The position numbers were made by a program, and so were the translations under genes. From Paraspadella gotoi (taxonomy: Eukaryota > Animalia > Chaetognatha): a DNA stretch of 23,868 bases. Location: positions 1-23,868 of the forward strand of contig JBJCIZ010000172.1 in NCBI GenBank assembly GCA_051294375.1, given 5' to 3'. The notes beneath the pieces are model-generated. The model searched no databases, was not told where the DNA came from, and was given only the letters and a program-made list of their open reading frames with translations. Of this stretch, positions 19,343 through 23,868 are shown piece by piece; positions within the stretch are counted from its first letter, which is position 1; each line of letters opens with the position of its first letter.

Positions 19343-21499
19343 CCCCCTCCATTCGAGCCTTTCGAATCAAGGCGCCGTAGGGAAGCTCTCGGATCCACTG
19401 ACCTACGTGCGAGACCGGCCTTAGAAAGAGAATTAATCGAATCTCAAAATATTCTCAAGCGCTAACTAAAAATGATTAATCAATTTCAAAATAAGTTTCA
19501 TGACCTAATTTGGAGAAAAGGATTAACATTTCAATCTTCAAATCTTAATCTTAGCTTAATCTTAACAACATCTATTTTAAACCTGGACTTCGGGAAAAAC
19601 AGATTAATCAGTCAATGAAAGTTACCTTTGCAGCAACTAAGTTGCCGGTAGCAGCAACTAACAACTTCAATTTTAAATTAATTTCATAACGACTTCATTT
19701 CAATAAATATATGTTTAAATATTTCAAAGATAAAGGATTCAGTTTCACAGCATGTCGATATCTTCCTTGTCTCCTCGCGTGCATGCAAAATAAAAATAAA
19801 CAAAAACTGGTTCAATTAGTCGGACTTTTTCCTAAAAAAAAATATGAAAAGATAAGTACAGAAAAAAGCTTAGGCCTGTCCCTATGGGGTTAAAAATGGG
19901 CAAATTTAAACGTGGTAAATTGTCACTTAAAAATGAATTAATGAGAAATTAAGAAAGGGCATGCAATTCTAAATTCAAATTCGCCTTTAAAACAAAATTT
20001 CCCCTCCGTTAAGAATATAAGAATTTTCTGTGCATCACGAGCTAAAAATTTAAAATGTCAAATAAAGAAAAAGATTTTTCCATCGCCATTCAAGTCGGGA
20101 ATTTGAATGCTAAAATCAAAGTAAAATTTCGCGGCGAGGGTTCCTGGATTCGCTCGCGTTATCTGGTTCATAAAGAATCTTTTCAGATCAAGGTAAAAAT
20201 TTAAAATTCAGTTCTAAATTAAAATTCGAATAAGTAATCGATATCCGGGTTCCTCTGTAAAATCAAACTCGAGAGAAAGAACAAAACGTACAATATCAAA
20301 TAACTACAAAAGTTTATCTAAATCAAAATAAAATACAAATCCTTAAAACTTATGGCGCCGCCGTTGGCGCTTCCATTGAATTTTTTGAAGGGGAGCGAAG
20401 AAAAAACTCCGCGCCGTCACAGCAACCCTCGTGGATGAAGGTCTCCCCCCTCCTTCTGTTGGGTTCTCTTCCGACTCACAAAAATTCTACCTTGTGCGTT
20501 CGTTTTGTCTTCAGAGTCGAGTCTTTCCAAAACATTCTTCAGTGCCTTTTTTCTGACTGTAATGTTTTGTCAGTCGAGTCTGTCATTTCGGTGGTCAGCC
20601 TTTCTGTCATTCCTTAAGTTTTGATTTGGTTCCTTCTGTTGTCGTCTGGCACTGAATCTTCCATAAGAGCTTTGCAGCTCTCCTTCTGACTTCATCTTCA
20701 TTTCAGGGGAATACTTCAGGCCATGCTGCCTGGAAAATCCCCCTCACTTAGCAGATACCAGCCCAGGGGAAGGCAAGGCATCAGATAGCAACACCATGAC
20801 CAACCCCAAGAACTGAATCTACTGCCAAGACCGTGTCAATCTTTTCTTTGACCATCGCCATCTCTTCCAGAAGGGTGGTCACAAAGTCCCGCCTGGAATC
20901 CGGGTTTGGCCAAAAATTGGCTTCTCCCTATCCAGGGTGACTAAGGCAGACAAACTGGGGTCAGGGTTGTACTCCGGCGCCGAGTCCACCCACTAAGGGC
21001 ACCATCATGATGGAGTAAAGTGTGGTGGTTGGTCTGAATTACGGTCTACATACCATTCTTGCCCAACAGTCGTTGCATATGTCCACGCCGCAACACCTGA
21101 AACAGCTTCTGTTGTATCTGCAACTGAAGGACTCGGTCAGGCACAGATTTAGATATAAACAAAGGGCAATTAATATAGCATGATTACATGACTCACATGC
21201 TGACAGCGCGATCTCTTCTCTGCAGCATTGGATTTAGCAGTCAGGAAGAGACGATGACATACTCTCAGACTCTGCTGCTCATTTCTGACTGCTCCTTCTG
21301 CTCAGCTCTTAGCCGGATCTTCAGATGCTGCAGATTGCTGATCCTCGTTCCACAGTTGCCTGGATGGCGTCAAACTTAGCACGGAGAGAGTCCTCGCAGT
21401 CACCGTCAGATGCTGCTGTGATGAAGGGTGATTCCATCTGCATTGACGATGTCCTTAAGAAAAGAAACAAAAACAGCACAAAACCAGCAGGTCCTTTTG

Positions 21500-22000
21500 T
21501 CGCACAGTCAACTTATGATGATAATCTTTTCCAAGCCTCTTGATAAGGACACGCCTTTCAATGAGCCTTCTTAGACATCTATGAGTCGAACTCCTTAAAA
21601 TCACAATTGATTTCAGCAATCTTTGCCATCCTTTGAACGTCCCAAAAATTCGCGTAAACACATCATTGGTCTGAAGCTTTAAGCTCACCCTTCTTCAGCA
21701 GCTCTTCCAATTTATCTAGTGCAGTGCACTTTTGGTATCCCCAATGTTCTCTTAATCTTACTCGCAAGCTCCAGAGCCTGATCACCATCAGTGTACATCT
21801 TAAATTCCTGGATGGCCAGATTGGCAGCACCCTTGGTCCATTCCAACAATTCAAAAATTTATCATGACCAGACATGCCAGGAACACTCTCAACATGTAAA
21901 GAAAACTCTCTCAAGAATGGCTCACATCCTGCTGGAATACCTGGCCATTGTTGATGCCTTGAGTAGGACGCTTCCTTTGGAGAGTGCTGCCGCAACCATA
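21500..22000 (-). pseudogene. Possible decayed gag-like remnant in element 3
   Basis: CEPFLREFSLHVESVPGMSGHDKF...LREHWGYQKCTALDKLEELLKKGELK loosely resembles a gag capsid pattern; many stops. Confidence 0.3.
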
Positions 22001-23301
22001 TGCAGCGGGATAGTCTTGGTAAGTCATGAACTGTTGGGGAACGCGGGTTGAACTGCTCCACAGGCCACAGGTGCCGCATTCACTGAAACCAAAGGAAAGG
22101 ATCAATAGGTTGCCTTTGAGGAGCCCAAACCCCAGCCAAAGGAGTTCAATGAAGCTACACCTGACCTGTTAGTGTTTTCCATAATCCATGTCCATTTCGG
22201 TTGTTCCCACTCAGCAGAAGGTTGCCAGCGACAGCATCCACATACTCCACTGAAGCAGACGGGTCCACAGGATGTTGCTGAATAGACCCGGCATCCTCGC
22301 CCTCTTGGTTCGCACAGACGAGTTCTTTTGACTGCCAATCTGCGACCAAGACATCTACAGTTTGAGGTTCGCAAGGGAGGAATTCATTAACTTTATCTGG
22401 TTCAAGCTCAATCAATTGAGCTTTAGTCAGCTATTTCTTTTTTTCGTTCTCCAATTCTGGGCGCGTCTATCAATAAGTTCACCTCTTTTTTCTATTTCAT
22501 GAGCCTCCAATCTCGGCCTTTGCCTAATTGGCAGCCACCTGTTCTTCCCTCTCTTTCTTATTAACAATATGCAATTCTCTAATCCAATCTGGTACTATTT
22601 TCAAGCCACCGTATAATGCTTCTTCAAGGAACGTACTGACCTGACGCTCCGTCAGAGCCATGTGAACTACTCCAGAGCCAGACCGGCTGATCCACCATCC
22701 CTCTCATTTCAAAGCCTCTTTCTCCATCTGCAGCGGCACTTCAAACTCTTCGTCAGGATTGGCTCAACCTTCACCTTAGGCTTATGCATCAGGAGTACAA
22801 GGATCAGAAGAGAAGAGGAAAATCATCCACCAGTCATACTCATAGGAAATTCTCTCAATTCTATTTCAAAATAAGACTTATCTTTTCAAGTTGATGTCAC
22901 ATCCACGGCCACATGAATCAGCCGTCAAATCTTCTGAAGGATTGGACGGCACGCTCGACGATCCTCTGTATTATTCAGTATCTTAAAGTCGCCGTCGCGC
23001 ACTAAGGGTCGCCGAGGGAAAGCGTGAGATATAGCGGCCCTTTGCCGGTCGTCGCCGCTGATTTTCGAAGTTTGTTTGCTTTGGCGTTGAAGTCGTAGGC
23101 CGAGGGGGTTCTTGAGATCTCCGGCATCAAGCAAGGGCCGTAGCGCACGAATTTTCGAACGACGCGTTTCGTTTCAGTCTCTCACGGCACAGTCCTTTCA
23201 CATCGGCGAGACGCCGAGGACGAATCATTTTAATCGGCGGAGATTCGTTTGAAGTCGCCGATCTGATCTTCACCGGCGTTTTGATTCCGCGCACGTTTCA
23301 C

Positions 23302-23732
23302 TGTTTGAGCTGCCTCGGTTTAATAATATCAAATTGTTTATTTTGCTGACTTTCTCTTAGACGACGACCGAGAATCCAACGATGTTTAAATGTTTATTGA
23401 TATGATGCAATCGGCGATAGTTCAAAATTGTTTCAAAACACAACAATGATTAAAAACGATAAAAACACTTTAAAAGCAACACCTTAAAATCAACGTGAAA
23501 ACGTTCGACGTCGCGGCTTAAGAGGCAACTGCCTCTGACTTTTCTTAAAGATCAACGTAAAAATAACCCAGATATTTGCTTTCTTCTTCATATTAATCTT
23601 TGTCGTCTCGTCGCGACGTTCCGTCGCGGATCAGGAAACTTGGGACTCGGATGTCGAAATCTCTGCCGTCGAACGTTGAGCCGTCCTGCCCTACGGCGAC
23701 GCCCGCGTTGCGGCACGCGAACGCCAATACCA
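23302..23732 (-). repeat. 5' LTR of element 3 (indel-noisy)
   Basis: Matches 18909-19342, differing mostly by 1-nt indels. Confidence 0.93.
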
Positions 23733-23868
23733 CAGTGATTTCCGTAACTGAAATCCTTTATTTGAAATTGATCTGAATTGATGAAACGAATTTTACGAAT
23801 TGTTTGTATTGATTTAAATTCCATTTTTATTTTTGTTTTTGTTGAAAATTCGTTTTGAATAATTTGGC

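Larger units (their letters stand above)
18909..23732 (-). mobile_element. Complete non-autonomous LTR retrotransposon (element 3, about 4.8 kb)
   Basis: TG...CA LTRs of about 430 bp; 5-bp TSD CAGTG (18904-18908, 23733-23737); PPT GAATGGAGGGGG before the 3' LTR; no long ORF. Confidence 0.92.

Overview
Repeat-dense, AT-rich eukaryotic (probably invertebrate animal) draft-assembly window with four N gaps and some indel-noisy segments. It is mostly nested transposons. (1) A minus-strand Ty3/gypsy-type LTR retrotransposon (LTRs 2073-2584 and 9139-9488). It has a gag, a pol remnant carrying an apparent OTU-like domain upstream of the integrase, and an env-like gene resembling chuvirus-type class III fusion glycoproteins (on the probably misplaced contig 1-1585). 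Its PR/RT/RH core is replaced by hAT-type DNA. (2) A second, truncated gypsy fragment (9599-11914) enclosed by identical 212-bp inverted repeats; one arm is split, without a target duplication, by element 1. (3) Two copies of a ~600-bp hAT-type MITE. (4) A cluster of Helentron/DINE-1-like non-autonomous elements. (5) Three phase-compatible exons of a host C-type-lectin-like gene on the + strand. (6) A complete non-autonomous LTR element (18909-23732, TSD CAGTG). All protein-family calls come from motif recognition by eye, not from database searches.
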